Part shown: piece after piece, positions 1-8,053 of the stretch
Layout of the letters: each line of letters begins with the position of its first letter
Position numbering within the stretch: the stretch's first letter is position 1
IMG/VR virus record: IMGVR_UViG_3300030376_002890
Coordinates: 1-25,082 of that record
Length of the DNA stretch: 25,082 nucleotides
Strand: one strand, 5' to 3'
Origin: a virus
Taxonomy: Duplodnaviria > Caudoviricetes
Translations under genes and position numbers: made by a program
The notes under the pieces: generated by a model
What the model was told of the DNA's origin: nothing
What the model saw: only the letters and a program-made list of their open reading frames with translations
The model's database searches: none

Positions 1-28
1 TAATGAGTATTATTCTCAATAAAGAATT

Positions 29-57
29 AAAAAAAAGGAGCCTCCGAAGAGACTCCC
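29..57 (-). terminator. Intrinsic terminator after the major capsid gene (T-phi equivalent)
   Basis: Minus strand reads GGGAGTCTC-TTCG-GAGGCTCC followed by 8 T. UUCG tetraloop stem about 20 nt after the capsid stop. Confidence 0.93.
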
Positions 58-78
58 GTATGATATATATAAAAAAAA

Positions 79-1224
79 TTAGAAAGCAGCGTTACCAGAA
101 GAACCAACTGCAGCACCTGCAATAAGTTCAACAGCAGCGGCTGGATTCAGGTAGTCAGCACCCATAGCCAAACGGCCAAGGATTACATCACCCTGATAGA
201 TGACTGAAACGTCACCAGAAGTAACTTGAACTTGAGGAGCAATTGCTTCAACACAACCAGCAGCTTCGCGCTGGAAGATCAAACCACAACTGTTAGCAAA
301 TTCGGTTTCTTCACCGTACTCGTTGTTGATGCCTGAAACATCTGCAGCAGCATCTTCAATAGCTTCACCGACAAATGAACCAGTATTACCAGGACTGGTA
401 ACACCAGGATTAGTAGCAGAAGCAGAGCCATACTTAGTACCATAGGAACTAAAGAATGGAATGTTCATTGACTTGTAGATCTTGATACCAGCAATCTCAA
501 TGATGCCGTTACCAGACTGCAGTGCCGAACCCTGTACGTCACGATTTACAAGACCATTAGAACCAACAGCTTGAATCAATTCATAGTATTGTCTTGGGTT
601 TAAGACACCGACTCGACCGTCGCTACTTACACCTTTCTCGTCCATTGCAGCTGCAGCGTCATAGAAGGCGTTAATCAAAGAAGCAGGAACGTATGCATCA
701 GCTCCTGAGTTGTTAGTACCAACACGGATTTGTGTACCGCCGGGTTCAACATAGTTAGTTGCACTAACAGGAGAGGCAGCACGTGCACCACGTGCAATAG
801 CACGGAAGATCAAACGGTCATACTTTTCTGCGAGGGCATAACCGATTTTACGTGAGATCTCAGACCTCAAATCGTAATGAGAAAGTACCTCGTCTAATTC
901 ATAGACGAAAGCTGAGCTGATCAACAGGTCATCAACCGTGATCGTCTTCTCAGCTACAGGAGGAGCATTATTGCTATCACCCAAAATGCTATTTCCAGGT
1001 GTATGAAATTCCGATTTTGTACGACCTGTGTAGATGAACTGCATTGATTTGCCGTTCTTCAAGGTACGCTTCATAACCAAATCGCGAGCGATTGTGTTAT
1101 TTTGGAAACCTTTAAACATCTCGCCACTGAACAACTTAAGGTACAGTGCGCGTTTGTCTCCAGATAGGTTAGCCTGACCCAGCTGAGTAAGCTGAGCAGG
1201 GTTTACAGTAGATTGAAAAGCCAT
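79..1224 (-). CDS. Major capsid protein (T7 gp10-like)
   Basis: ALYLKLFSGE, KTITVDDLL, YDLRSEISRKIGYALAEKYDRLI and GRLAMGADYLNP motifs are typical of cyanopodovirus capsids. Followed by a terminator. Confidence 0.96.
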   Translation of the reverse strand: MAFQSTVNPAQLTQLGQANLSGDKRALYLKLFSGEMFKGFQNNTIARDLVMKRTLKNGKSMQFIYTGRTKSEFHTPGNSILGDSNNAPPVAEKTITVDDLLISSAFVYELDEVLSHYDLRSEISRKIGYALAEKYDRLIFRAIARGARAASPVSATNYVEPGGTQIRVGTNNSGADAYVPASLINAFYDAAAAMDEKGVSSDGRVGVLNPRQYYELIQAVGSNGLVNRDVQGSALQSGNGIIEIAGIKIYKSMNIPFFSSYGTKYGSASATNPGVTSPGNTGSFVGEAIEDAAADVSGINNEYGEETEFANSCGLIFQREAAGCVEAIAPQVQVTSGDVSVIYQGDVILGRLAMGADYLNPAAAVELIAGAAVGSSGNAAF

Positions 1225-1343
1225 TTTTTTAAAGAGAGTTATTTTCGACTCTCTGAACGTTCAGAGTTATTTAGTTGTATATGTGTGGTCTATTCCCACC
1301 GTCTAGACGGCAAAGGGTATCCTCGTAAGGGCCGATGCCTATT
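1225..1343 (-). promoter_or_regulatory. Highly structured capsid 5' leader
   Basis: Contains a GGCA...CCT-TACG-AGG...TGCC stem, perfect palindromes CCGTCTAGACGG (1299-1310) and CTCTGAACGTTCAGAG (1251-1266), and GTGG/CCAC and GAGAGT/ACTCTC stems. Confidence 0.5.
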
Positions 1344-1386
1344 GCTAAGGGAGGATTTGCACCCCCCAATGACAGAACTACTTAGC
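1344..1386 (-). ncRNA. tRNA-like mini-element (T-arm plus acceptor-like stem), copy upstream of capsid
   Basis: GCTAA-GTAGTTCTGTCATT-GGGGGG-TGCAAAT-CCTCCC-TTAGC. A closely similar element lies at 2690-2729. Confidence 0.55.
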
Positions 1387-1483
1387 GGCTTTTTAGGTAA
1401 GCCACACCGCGATAAACAAGCTTTTGTTCTTTACGAACTATATCTTGCTCACGTACACGCTGACGAACTTCAACGTTTGGCAT
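1382..1483 (-). CDS. DUF4278-type small peptide (33 aa) downstream of the glutamine riboswitch
   Basis: Hand translation gives MPNVEVRQRVREQDIVRKEQKLVYRGVAYLKSR, with the LxYRGVxY signature. Strong RBS AAGGAGG just upstream. Not in the supplied ORF track. Confidence 0.88.
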   Translation of the reverse strand: MPNVEVRQRVREQDIVRKEQKLVYRGVAYLKSR

Positions 1484-1503
1484 AGTATCCTCCTTAGAGA
1501 ATT

Positions 1504-1558
1504 GAGTGACCCCGTTCCATGTCACCTCATGTCATGCGTCCCAAAGGGATGAACGGAC
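1504..1558 (-). ncRNA. Glutamine-II riboswitch (Downstream-peptide RNA motif)
   Basis: Minus strand reads GTCCGTTCATCCCTTTGGGACGCATGACATGAGGTGACATGGAACGGGGTCACTC. P1 is CCGTTC/GAACGG, P2 is TCCC/GGGA, P3 is CATG/CATG, and loop GTGAC can pair with GTCAC 3' of P1 as a pseudoknot. Sits directly upstream of a YRGV peptide. Confidence 0.85.
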
Positions 1559-1565
1559 TTTTTAG

Positions 1566-2624
1566 TTAACCAATAGATGGTGCTTTATGTGTAGCTAGAT
1601 CAAGTGGGAAGTTATGAGCATTACGCTCATGCATTACTTCCATTCCTAGTCCCGCACGGTTAAGTATGTCAGCCCAAGTAGGGACAACGTGGTTCCCGTT
1701 ATCGACAATGGATTGATTAAAGTTGAATCCGTTAAGGTTGAAAGCCATAGTGCTAACACCCAAGCTAGTAAACCAAATACCAAGCACAGGCCATGCAGCC
1801 AAGAAAAAGTGGAGACTACGTGAGTTATTAAATGACGCATATTGAAAAATTAATCGTCCAAAATATCCGTGAGCAGCGACAATATTATATGTCTCTTCTT
1901 CCTGTCCAAATTTATACCCATAGTTCTGAGATACCGTTTCGGTAGTCTCCCTAACCAAGGAACTGGTGACAAGAGAACCATGCATAGCGCTGAACAAAGA
2001 CCCACCAAATACGCCGGCAACACCCAACATGTGAAAAGGATGCATAAGAATATTGTGTTCAGCCTGGAAGACAAGCATGTAGTTGAAGGTGCCGGATATG
2101 CCAAGAGGCATCGCATCTGAAAAAGAACCTTGTCCAAAGGGATATACCAAGAAGACAGCACTTGCCGCTGCGACAGGTGCTGAGTAAGCAACGAAAATCC
2201 ATGGACGCATACCTAGCCGGTAGCTAAGTTCCCATTCGCGTCCCATGTAAGAGTAGATACCGATAAGGAAATGGAAGACAACGAGTTGAAATGGTCCTCC
2301 GTTGTATAGCCATTCATCGAGACTTGCTGCTTCCCAGATGGGATAGAAGTGCAAGCCGATTGCATTTGAAGACGGGACAACTGCTCCCGATATAATGTTA
2401 TTTCCGTATAGGAGCGATCCAGCAACTGGTTCACGAATGCCATCAATATCTACAGGGGGTGCGCCAACGAAGGCAATAATGAAACAAGTGGTAGCTGCAA
2501 GCAGCGTGGGAATCATCAGGATTCCAAACCAACCAACATAAAGACGGTTGTTTGTAGAGGTAACCCAATTACAAAAGGCTTCCCAGTTATTTAATTTTTG
2601 TGGTTTTGAAAGTACAGCGGTCAT
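1566..2624 (-). CDS. psbA: Photosystem II D1 protein
   Basis: Unmistakable D1 sequence ([50 protein letters not shown]). Carries E130 and an 8-aa C-terminal extension. Confidence 0.99.
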   Translation of the reverse strand: MTAVLSKPQKLNNWEAFCNWVTSTNNRLYVGWFGILMIPTLLAATTCFIIAFVGAPPVDIDGIREPVAGSLLYGNNIISGAVVPSSNAIGLHFYPIWEAASLDEWLYNGGPFQLVVFHFLIGIYSYMGREWELSYRLGMRPWIFVAYSAPVAAASAVFLVYPFGQGSFSDAMPLGISGTFNYMLVFQAEHNILMHPFHMLGVAGVFGGSLFSAMHGSLVTSSLVRETTETVSQNYGYKFGQEEETYNIVAAHGYFGRLIFQYASFNNSRSLHFFLAAWPVLGIWFTSLGVSTMAFNLNGFNFNQSIVDNGNHVVPTWADILNRAGLGMEVMHERNAHNFPLDLATHKAPSIG

Positions 2625-2689
2625 TAAAGTAATAGTGCATTGTTTTTGTATCAGGTAAGTAAGACCAGTTTAAAGACTTGGCTGTCTAG

Positions 2690-2729
2690 AGCTATGGGAG
2701 GAATTGCACCTCCCTTATTCTATTTAGCT
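2690..2729 (-). ncRNA. tRNA-like mini-element, copy upstream of psbA
   Basis: AGCTA-AATAGAATAA-GGGAGG-TGCAATT-CCTCCC-A-TAGCT, followed by AGAC-AGCCAA-GTCT-TTAAA-CTGGTCT (possible pseudoknot). Confidence 0.55.
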
Positions 2730-2730
2730 G

Positions 2731-2877
2731 TTATGCTTTTTTAGTTTTAGCTGCTGCCATAAATTGTGCAGCGGTAGGAGCACCTTTGCTTCCAGTTTTC
2801 CTCATCCTCTCTCCACTACCAGCAGCAATACGTTTGCGCTTTGCGTGGATGTTTGCATAAAGACCAGGTTTAGCCAT
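2731..2877 (-). CDS. Small basic protein (48 aa)
   Basis: Hand translation gives MAKPGLYANIHAKRKRIAAGSGERMRKTGSKGAPTAAQFMAAAKTKKA. TGATG coupling with the upstream ORF. Resembles a recurrent phage small-protein family (from memory). Confidence 0.8.
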   Translation of the reverse strand: MAKPGLYANIHAKRKRIAAGSGERMRKTGSKGAPTAAQFMAAAKTKKA

Positions 2878-3020
2878 CATTTATACCTATCGGGATTTTT
2901 AGTTTCGACATAAAAGCCACCAGATTTTTTTGGATTTAGACCATAACCTTCGTCAAAACCTGCCAAAGCTTTCGCAATTTTTTCAGTAATGTGTGGCTTC
3001 TTTTTTTTATCTTTAGCCAT
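2877..3020 (-). CDS. Small Lys-rich hypothetical protein (47 aa)
   Basis: Hand translation gives MAKDKKKKPHITEKIAKALAGFDEGYGLNPKKSGGFYVETKNPDRYK. Fills the gap between its neighbours exactly. Confidence 0.7.
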   Translation of the reverse strand: MAKDKKKKPHITEKIAKALAGFDEGYGLNPKKSGGFYVETKNPDRYK

Positions 3021-3022
3021 GG

Positions 3023-3082
3023 CTATTTTTTTTTAGGTGGACGACCTTTCTTTGTACCGTATGTTCCTTTACCTTGTGGCAT
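3023..3082 (-). CDS. 19-aa basic micropeptide with an AT-hook-like GRP core
   Basis: MPQGKGTYGTKKGRPPKKK. TAATG coupling to the hli stop, and the next ATG is 2 nt after its own stop. Confidence 0.72.
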   Translation of the reverse strand: MPQGKGTYGTKKGRPPKKK

Positions 3083-3252
3083 TACCAGACTCCAGGGATA
3101 AGTTGACCAGTGATTGCGTAAGCACCAAGAGCCGCTAGAACGCCAAGCATAGCAAGACGACCGTTAAGCTTCTCAGCCTTTTCATTGTGAGTTTCAGTTA
3201 CATCCATGATTTGCATAGGTGTTTCGGTGGGCCAGATTTGTGTATCATTCAT
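3082..3252 (-). CDS. hli: High-light-inducible protein (HLIP, 56 aa)
   Basis: Hand translation gives MNDTQIWPTETPMQIMDVTETHNEKAEKLNGRLAMLGVLAALGAYAITGQLIPGVW, with the AExLNGRLAMLG chlorophyll-binding motif and TGQxIPG tail. Confidence 0.96.
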   Translation of the reverse strand: MNDTQIWPTETPMQIMDVTETHNEKAEKLNGRLAMLGVLAALGAYAITGQLIPGVW

Positions 3253-3458
3253 TTTTTTCTACCCCCAATAGCATCCCATTTTTCTTGTATCATATCTACT
3301 TTAGGTGGGTTTTTGTATGGTAAGGGTGGTCTTGATCTGTGTTCATCAATCTGTTCCTGTGTAGGAATAGTAATTCTGAACGGTGTTCCTTCTGCTTCAA
3401 ATTCCTCATTCATATCAATATATGTTTGAGGAGTTACCTTAATTTCTAGAACACCCAC
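3249..3458 (-). CDS. Hypothetical protein (69 aa)
   Basis: ORF tiles between the OMP-like gene and hli with an ATGA overlap. Start is uncertain. Confidence 0.65.
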   Translation of the reverse strand: MGVLEIKVTPQTYIDMNEEFEAEGTPFRITIPTQEQIDEHRSRPPLPYKNPPKVDMIQEKWDAIGGRKK

Positions 3459-3787
3459 TTAACACCAGCTTTAGTGCCGTAAGAATTATCTAGGTCTCCA
3501 GTTAGAAAAGAAACTTCTCCATACAAAGAAACGGACTCACTCAAAGGAGCGGCACCACCAATTTTTCCAGACCATTCAATCTCAGCATCACCACCATCAG
3601 GAACAAGTGCTGCAGGACCACCTTGGATATACCAGTTGTCACCTTCATAACCAATATGATTGTCGATTACAGTACCTCCATACTGTGATCCAAAAAATCC
3701 TGAGTTAGCTTCTACGTTTACATAAGGTCCAGCAAAACATGGAGCAGCAGCAAAAAATGTTGCAGGGAGGATAGCAAAAATTTTCAT
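3446..3787 (-). CDS. Secreted small outer-membrane beta-barrel-like protein
   Basis: Signal peptide (MKIFAILPATFFAAAPCFA), Gly/aromatic alternating strands and a C-terminal KWVF ending in Phe. Confidence 0.7.
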   Translation of the reverse strand: MKIFAILPATFFAAAPCFAGPYVNVEANSGFFGSQYGGTVIDNHIGYEGDNWYIQGGPAALVPDGGDAEIEWSGKIGGAAPLSESVSLYGEVSFLTGDLDNSYGTKAGVKWVF

Positions 3788-4236
3788 TTTAATTTATTAA
3801 GAAAAGAATAAGTATGTTGTGTACGATTACCATGAATACCCCACCCTAACCAGTGGTAAGCAGCATTCATATAGTAAGGGATTGTCTGATGGTTAGTCAG
3901 AAATGAGCTAAGGTCATCCCTAAATCTTAACTCATGTATCATGTAGGCTGTTTGACATTCTAAAGAACTAGGATCAGCCTTTTGTTTAGCACAGAAAGTA
4001 CCTAATCCATCATAGCGATTCTTAGATGTCCATTGGATTAAACCATAACCACCTTTTATACATCTGTCATATGGAATAATGGTACCACCTTCGCAGACGT
4101 TAGGTTTAAATGTTGACTCTTGATAAATGTTACCCAAAATAACAGCAAGTGCAGTTCGATCTGTTACACCTGCAGAAGTCTGTAGTTGTTCTAGAACGTA
4201 CTGCTCTTGTACAGTACATTGTGGACAGTCAATCAT
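3784..4236 (-). CDS. Phage tail-tip lysozyme-like muramidase
   Basis: ILGNIYQES and GYGLIQWT..R motifs of the Phage_lysozyme2 type. Confidence 0.78.
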   Translation of the reverse strand: MIDCPQCTVQEQYVLEQLQTSAGVTDRTALAVILGNIYQESTFKPNVCEGGTIIPYDRCIKGGYGLIQWTSKNRYDGLGTFCAKQKADPSSLECQTAYMIHELRFRDDLSSFLTNHQTIPYYMNAAYHWLGWGIHGNRTQHTYSFLNKLK

Positions 4237-4883
4237 TAGAAACCAAGGTCGGAATTTTCAAGTTTAGCCATAACGTCAGAGCGATATGCAGGATCGTTAT
4301 CATAACGTGGATCATTCATTGCTTGTACAAGCTCTGATTGACTACGGAAAACAGCTTTAGATTCTGTTGACCCACGACCTGTTAAAAGTTGACCTTCTGA
4401 ACCAACAGCATTAGAATATTTATTTGATAAAGCTTGGACAGCAAAATAAATAGAATTAGCATTACCATCAGCCATCACAGAATCATACATTTCAACTTCT
4501 TCTTTAGAAAGAGATTGACTTGCCCAATCAAGCATAGTTTGATAAGCTTTTTCACCACCAACCATTTTATATAATTGTTGTGCCTGTTCTTCAGTTAGTT
4601 TTCCTTCAGCTACTTCTGCCTCATCTGATTCTTCTGATTCTTCTGCCTCTTCTGATTCTTCTGTTGGCTCATTATCTGTCGACTCTTCTTCTTTAGGTTC
4701 ACCTAGTTTTTTTTGAAGTTCTAAATAAGCTTTTTCAAGAGATTGTGTGCTATCAAATTTACCTGCTAGTAGCTGTTGTTGTGAACCTTCATTAGCCTCA
4801 GCAATAGCTAAAGATTCTTGCTCATCAGAATTCAGTTCTGGCTGATCAGCCGGTGTTTCATTTAAAGTTAGTGTTTCACTCAT
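4236..4883 (-). CDS. Capsid assembly scaffolding protein (T7 gp9-like)
   Basis: Acidic protein with LAGKF..LEKAYLELQKKLG, VGGEKAYQTMLDWA and AMNDPRYDNDPAYR. Follows the portal gene. Confidence 0.93.
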   Translation of the reverse strand: MSETLTLNETPADQPELNSDEQESLAIAEANEGSQQQLLAGKFDSTQSLEKAYLELQKKLGEPKEEESTDNEPTEESEEAEESEESDEAEVAEGKLTEEQAQQLYKMVGGEKAYQTMLDWASQSLSKEEVEMYDSVMADGNANSIYFAVQALSNKYSNAVGSEGQLLTGRGSTESKAVFRSQSELVQAMNDPRYDNDPAYRSDVMAKLENSDLGF

Positions 4884-6463
4884 TAAATTTGTGGTGGTGG
4901 TTGTTGTTGTTGTTGTATCTCAGACTGCATTTCAGCTTGTTCACGTTTTTGATCAATAGCTGCCATTTGTGGTTCTTGTTGTATAGCAGTCATTGCTTGT
5001 TGTTGTTCCATACTTTGCTGCTGTTCAGCTTGGATTTCATCCATACTTTTTACAAGATTAAGTACGTCAATTCCAGATGAAGCAGCTAAACGTTTGACAA
5101 CTTCTTCTGAATTAATAAATTGTTGGATAGCTTCTGGACCCATTGTTTGTGCAATAACTTGTAAGAATTGACCAAGACTTTCACGGTCTTGACCCCTACC
5201 TAATGCATTAATACCAGCAACAATAGTTGGTTTAACAATACCACCTTTAGGTAACCGTGGTATTTCTCCAGTTTTTTGTGCAACGTTCAATTTACGATTC
5301 AAATAAGGTACTAAAAATTCAACAGTAAGTAGACTGAATAATCCACCAAGCTGTTGCTCTAGTTCCATCTGTGTCATCCTTACTTCTTCTGCTGTAGTCC
5401 TTTCAGACTGACGAACATTAAGAATAAGGAATGCTTCACTAAGACGTTGTGATAATGTACCCACCATTTGATAGGCAGTTTGAAAATCAGCTGTTTTTCC
5501 AACTTGAACAACACCAATATCATCAGGTCTTCCTTGAATGATAGCACCATTACCTGCATTAGCAAGTGTTGATGGTTTGGTAGTTGAGCTAGGATTGACA
5601 GTAAATATAATTTTAGCAGCAGCAGCACTACCTTCAACCAGTGCTTGTGACAGAGCTTCAAGTGATTTCAGGTCACCAATAAATTCTTCTACCCTACCAC
5701 GTCCGTAGACTTCACCATCTACGTGGTTAAATCTTAACACAAGCCATGGATTAGCGTCAAGAGGAGCTTTACTTACTGACTTAGGAAGGATTTGATCATC
5801 TACTTCCTGGTGCCACAACCAACGATTATTATCTAAAATAACATGTGTATAAATATCACATTCATCATCATGACGTGTTGTATTATCAGAAGGTGTGTTT
5901 GGTTGTGGTGGTTTATAATCTGGATTAAATTTTTTCAGTAATTTTTTCGAGATTGTTTCTTTTGTTACAATTTCTATAACATTACCGTTACCATCTCTGT
6001 CTATTGCATATCGGTTTAAAGGATAAAGTTTTAAACCATCCTTACCCATAAAGACAAGAGCATTTCCAGCTACTACAAGATGCTTTAGTGCTTGATGAAC
6101 AACAACACGATCACTAGAAGCCGCAATGGATTCCATGATAGTGCGTTCGATCTTAGCAAACGACAAGTCTAGTTCAGATCTAATTTCTGGTCCTAGTTCT
6201 TCTGGTAAGTTAACATCGTTTACCTGTAGTTTAAAGAAGCTAGTTTGTGGAGGTAACAATGCAAGCATTAGTTTACTTGCAAGTGTTACTACACCTTTGG
6301 CTCCTTGTGATTGCCACGGGGTTGTAAGTTTTACTGAACCTTTAGAGAAAACCTCATCATCACGGATGAGATAAGGAAGAGTTAGATCTGCTGCCTGTCT
6401 AGCAGTATTTAGAAACTGTGAACGATCTGAAGACAATCTGTCATATCGTGTTTTAGCTGTCAT
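4883..6463 (-). CDS. Portal / head-to-tail connector (T7 gp8-like)
   Basis: LASKLMLALLPP, YGRGRVEE and ERTTAEEVR motifs, 526 aa. Confidence 0.96.
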   Translation of the reverse strand: MTAKTRYDRLSSDRSQFLNTARQAADLTLPYLIRDDEVFSKGSVKLTTPWQSQGAKGVVTLASKLMLALLPPQTSFFKLQVNDVNLPEELGPEIRSELDLSFAKIERTIMESIAASSDRVVVHQALKHLVVAGNALVFMGKDGLKLYPLNRYAIDRDGNGNVIEIVTKETISKKLLKKFNPDYKPPQPNTPSDNTTRHDDECDIYTHVILDNNRWLWHQEVDDQILPKSVSKAPLDANPWLVLRFNHVDGEVYGRGRVEEFIGDLKSLEALSQALVEGSAAAAKIIFTVNPSSTTKPSTLANAGNGAIIQGRPDDIGVVQVGKTADFQTAYQMVGTLSQRLSEAFLILNVRQSERTTAEEVRMTQMELEQQLGGLFSLLTVEFLVPYLNRKLNVAQKTGEIPRLPKGGIVKPTIVAGINALGRGQDRESLGQFLQVIAQTMGPEAIQQFINSEEVVKRLAASSGIDVLNLVKSMDEIQAEQQQSMEQQQAMTAIQQEPQMAAIDQKREQAEMQSEIQQQQQPPPQI

Positions 6464-6469
6464 TAAATT

Positions 6470-7174
6470 TTACACATTTAGTGTTCTTTGCGTTGAGGGT
6501 GTAGTTGTATTAGTGTTCGAAAATCCTAACGAACCAATTCTTGGCATTGAGGTGCTACTACTTCGTCTAATAAAACCTGATGTACCACCTACAGTACCTT
6601 GCCTTACTGACTCTGCAGCCCCAAGCCTCACTTCAGCTCGCTGTCCAGATCTAGCTTGGTTAACACTTGTAGTACGTTGATTTATTGCAAGTTGTTCGGC
6701 TTGTTGTTGTCGTTCTCTAACAGCTGCTGCTTGTGCTGCCTGCTCTCGTCTAATTTGAGCTGCTTGTGCTGCTTGCTGCTGTGTACGCATTGCTGTAATT
6801 TGAGCTGTATAATCTCGACGGTTTTGATCAATCACACTTCTCAAACTAGTCATTCTAGAATCTTCTGCAGCACGCCTACTTGTTTCAAGTCTTGTTGCTG
6901 CTTGTCTATCTGCAATTCTTTCTCGTGCTATAGCTGCTATAGCTGCTGTTTGTCGATTACTAGCAATATTTTGAGCTCTCCGCTGAGCAGCTGTTGCTTG
7001 ATCTCTTGCTAATTGTTCCCTAGCAAGTCTTGCCCATGTTACCTCGTTTTGCCTTTTATTCGCGTCTCTTCTTCTTAGTTGAGCTTCACGGTCTCGACTT
7101 TGCTGAGCCTGTCTAGCCCATACAGCATCGCGTCTTGCTTCAAATTCTGGATCAAATGTAGTATAACTGGCCAT
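6470..7174 (-). CDS. Gln/Ala/Arg-rich coiled-coil protein in the pre-portal (gp6.7/7.3) slot
   Basis: Start likely at MASYTT (7174) by TAATG coupling. Low-complexity QAAQAA repeats. Function inferred from position only. Confidence 0.7.
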   Translation of the reverse strand: MASYTTFDPEFEARRDAVWARQAQQSRDREAQLRRRDANKRQNEVTWARLAREQLARDQATAAQRRAQNIASNRQTAAIAAIARERIADRQAATRLETSRRAAEDSRMTSLRSVIDQNRRDYTAQITAMRTQQQAAQAAQIRREQAAQAAAVRERQQQAEQLAINQRTTSVNQARSGQRAEVRLGAAESVRQGTVGGTSGFIRRSSSTSMPRIGSLGFSNTNTTTPSTQRTLNV

Positions 7175-7356
7175 TAATTTTCCTCCATGTAACGAATAAC
7201 CCACTCAACTACACTACGTTGACCAGATCTATACATAATTTTTTCCATTGTATCATCAGGTGTAGGATTAATAGGTGGAAAAATTTCTTCTAATTGATTT
7301 GTTAAACCACGGGCTTGCATACCCACGGTCTCAAGCATATTTGGGGAGATTGACAT
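7174..7356 (-). CDS. Conserved small T7-like phage protein
   Basis: FPPINP...IMYRSGQRSVVEW motif seen in T7-like marine phages. Coupled to its neighbours. Confidence 0.75.
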   Translation of the reverse strand: MSISPNMLETVGMQARGLTNQLEEIFPPINPTPDDTMEKIMYRSGQRSVVEWVIRYMEEN

Positions 7357-8053
7357 TACTATGTTCGAAGAAAGAGGGCATTCTTGCTGCTTTCGTAAAA
7401 GAAAGTTCAGGAGCCTTACCCTGATACATTAAGTTATCGCTAGATTGCAACCAAAATTTTTTATCTAAATTTTTATAGGTAGTATTAATACCTAGTGGTT
7501 GCATTACCCAGTTAATAGTTGCTTTTCTTAGCTTGTCTAGGCTTGGAGAAACCTCTAGACCTAGTTCTCTACATACAATTGAATTAGCACTGACATGGAT
7601 CTGTTCATCTCGACTGATATCGGCACTTACTGTTCGCATTCCAGCGTCACCATTAGCGCGAAAGAATGGTAAAAGAACGAAGAAAATTGCACGCTCGGCA
7701 ACCATCGCTTTGAGGATCGTATGATCCGGATGCGCTGTCCAAGCATCACGTAGCCGTAACGCTTCAGCCTCAGCTTGTGGATCAGTTCCGTAAGCATTGG
7801 CAATGTAACCAAGTGCCAGGTCGTGGTTCTGTTCGTCCTTGACGTTTGACTCCAGTAGTTCCCGCGATAACTCTGGTACGTCGGAAGCCAATCCATCACG
7901 AATAAAATCTCCCACAGGTAGTTCCATGTGCCGCAAAGCAAGTGCACGGAGCAGCGTTTCGTGTGCTCCTTCCTTGCATGTACCAGCAGTTGTCTGTACT
8001 GGTGTCCATTTTCTTTTTCTGTTTAGTAGTTTCTGATAAGGATTTAATCTCAT
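7331..8053 (-). CDS. nrdB: Ribonucleotide reductase class I beta subunit (ferritin-like, cyanopodovirus type)
   Basis: Dimetal ligands E(LPV), DEQNH, E(RAIFF) and DEQIH. ATGA overlap with the alpha stop suggests a start at 8053. Confidence 0.82.
   Translation of the reverse strand: MRLNPYQKLLNRKRKWTPVQTTAGTCKEGAHETLLRALALRHMELPVGDFIRDGLASDVPELSRELLESNVKDEQNHDLALGYIANAYGTDPQAEAEALRLRDAWTAHPDHTILKAMVAERAIFFVLLPFFRANGDAGMRTVSADISRDEQIHVSANSIVCRELGLEVSPSLDKLRKATINWVMQPLGINTTYKNLDKKFWLQSSDNLMYQGKAPELSFTKAARMPSFFEHSNVNLPKYA

Noticed and set aside
57-110. T7 10B-style frameshift extension of the capsid
   Set aside because: No evident slippery site before the stop, and the terminator follows immediately.
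1344-2729. Genuine tRNA genes at the GGTGCAAWTCC motifs
   Set aside because: No D-arm or anticodon arm and only about 40 nt long. Reported instead as tRNA-like mini-elements.
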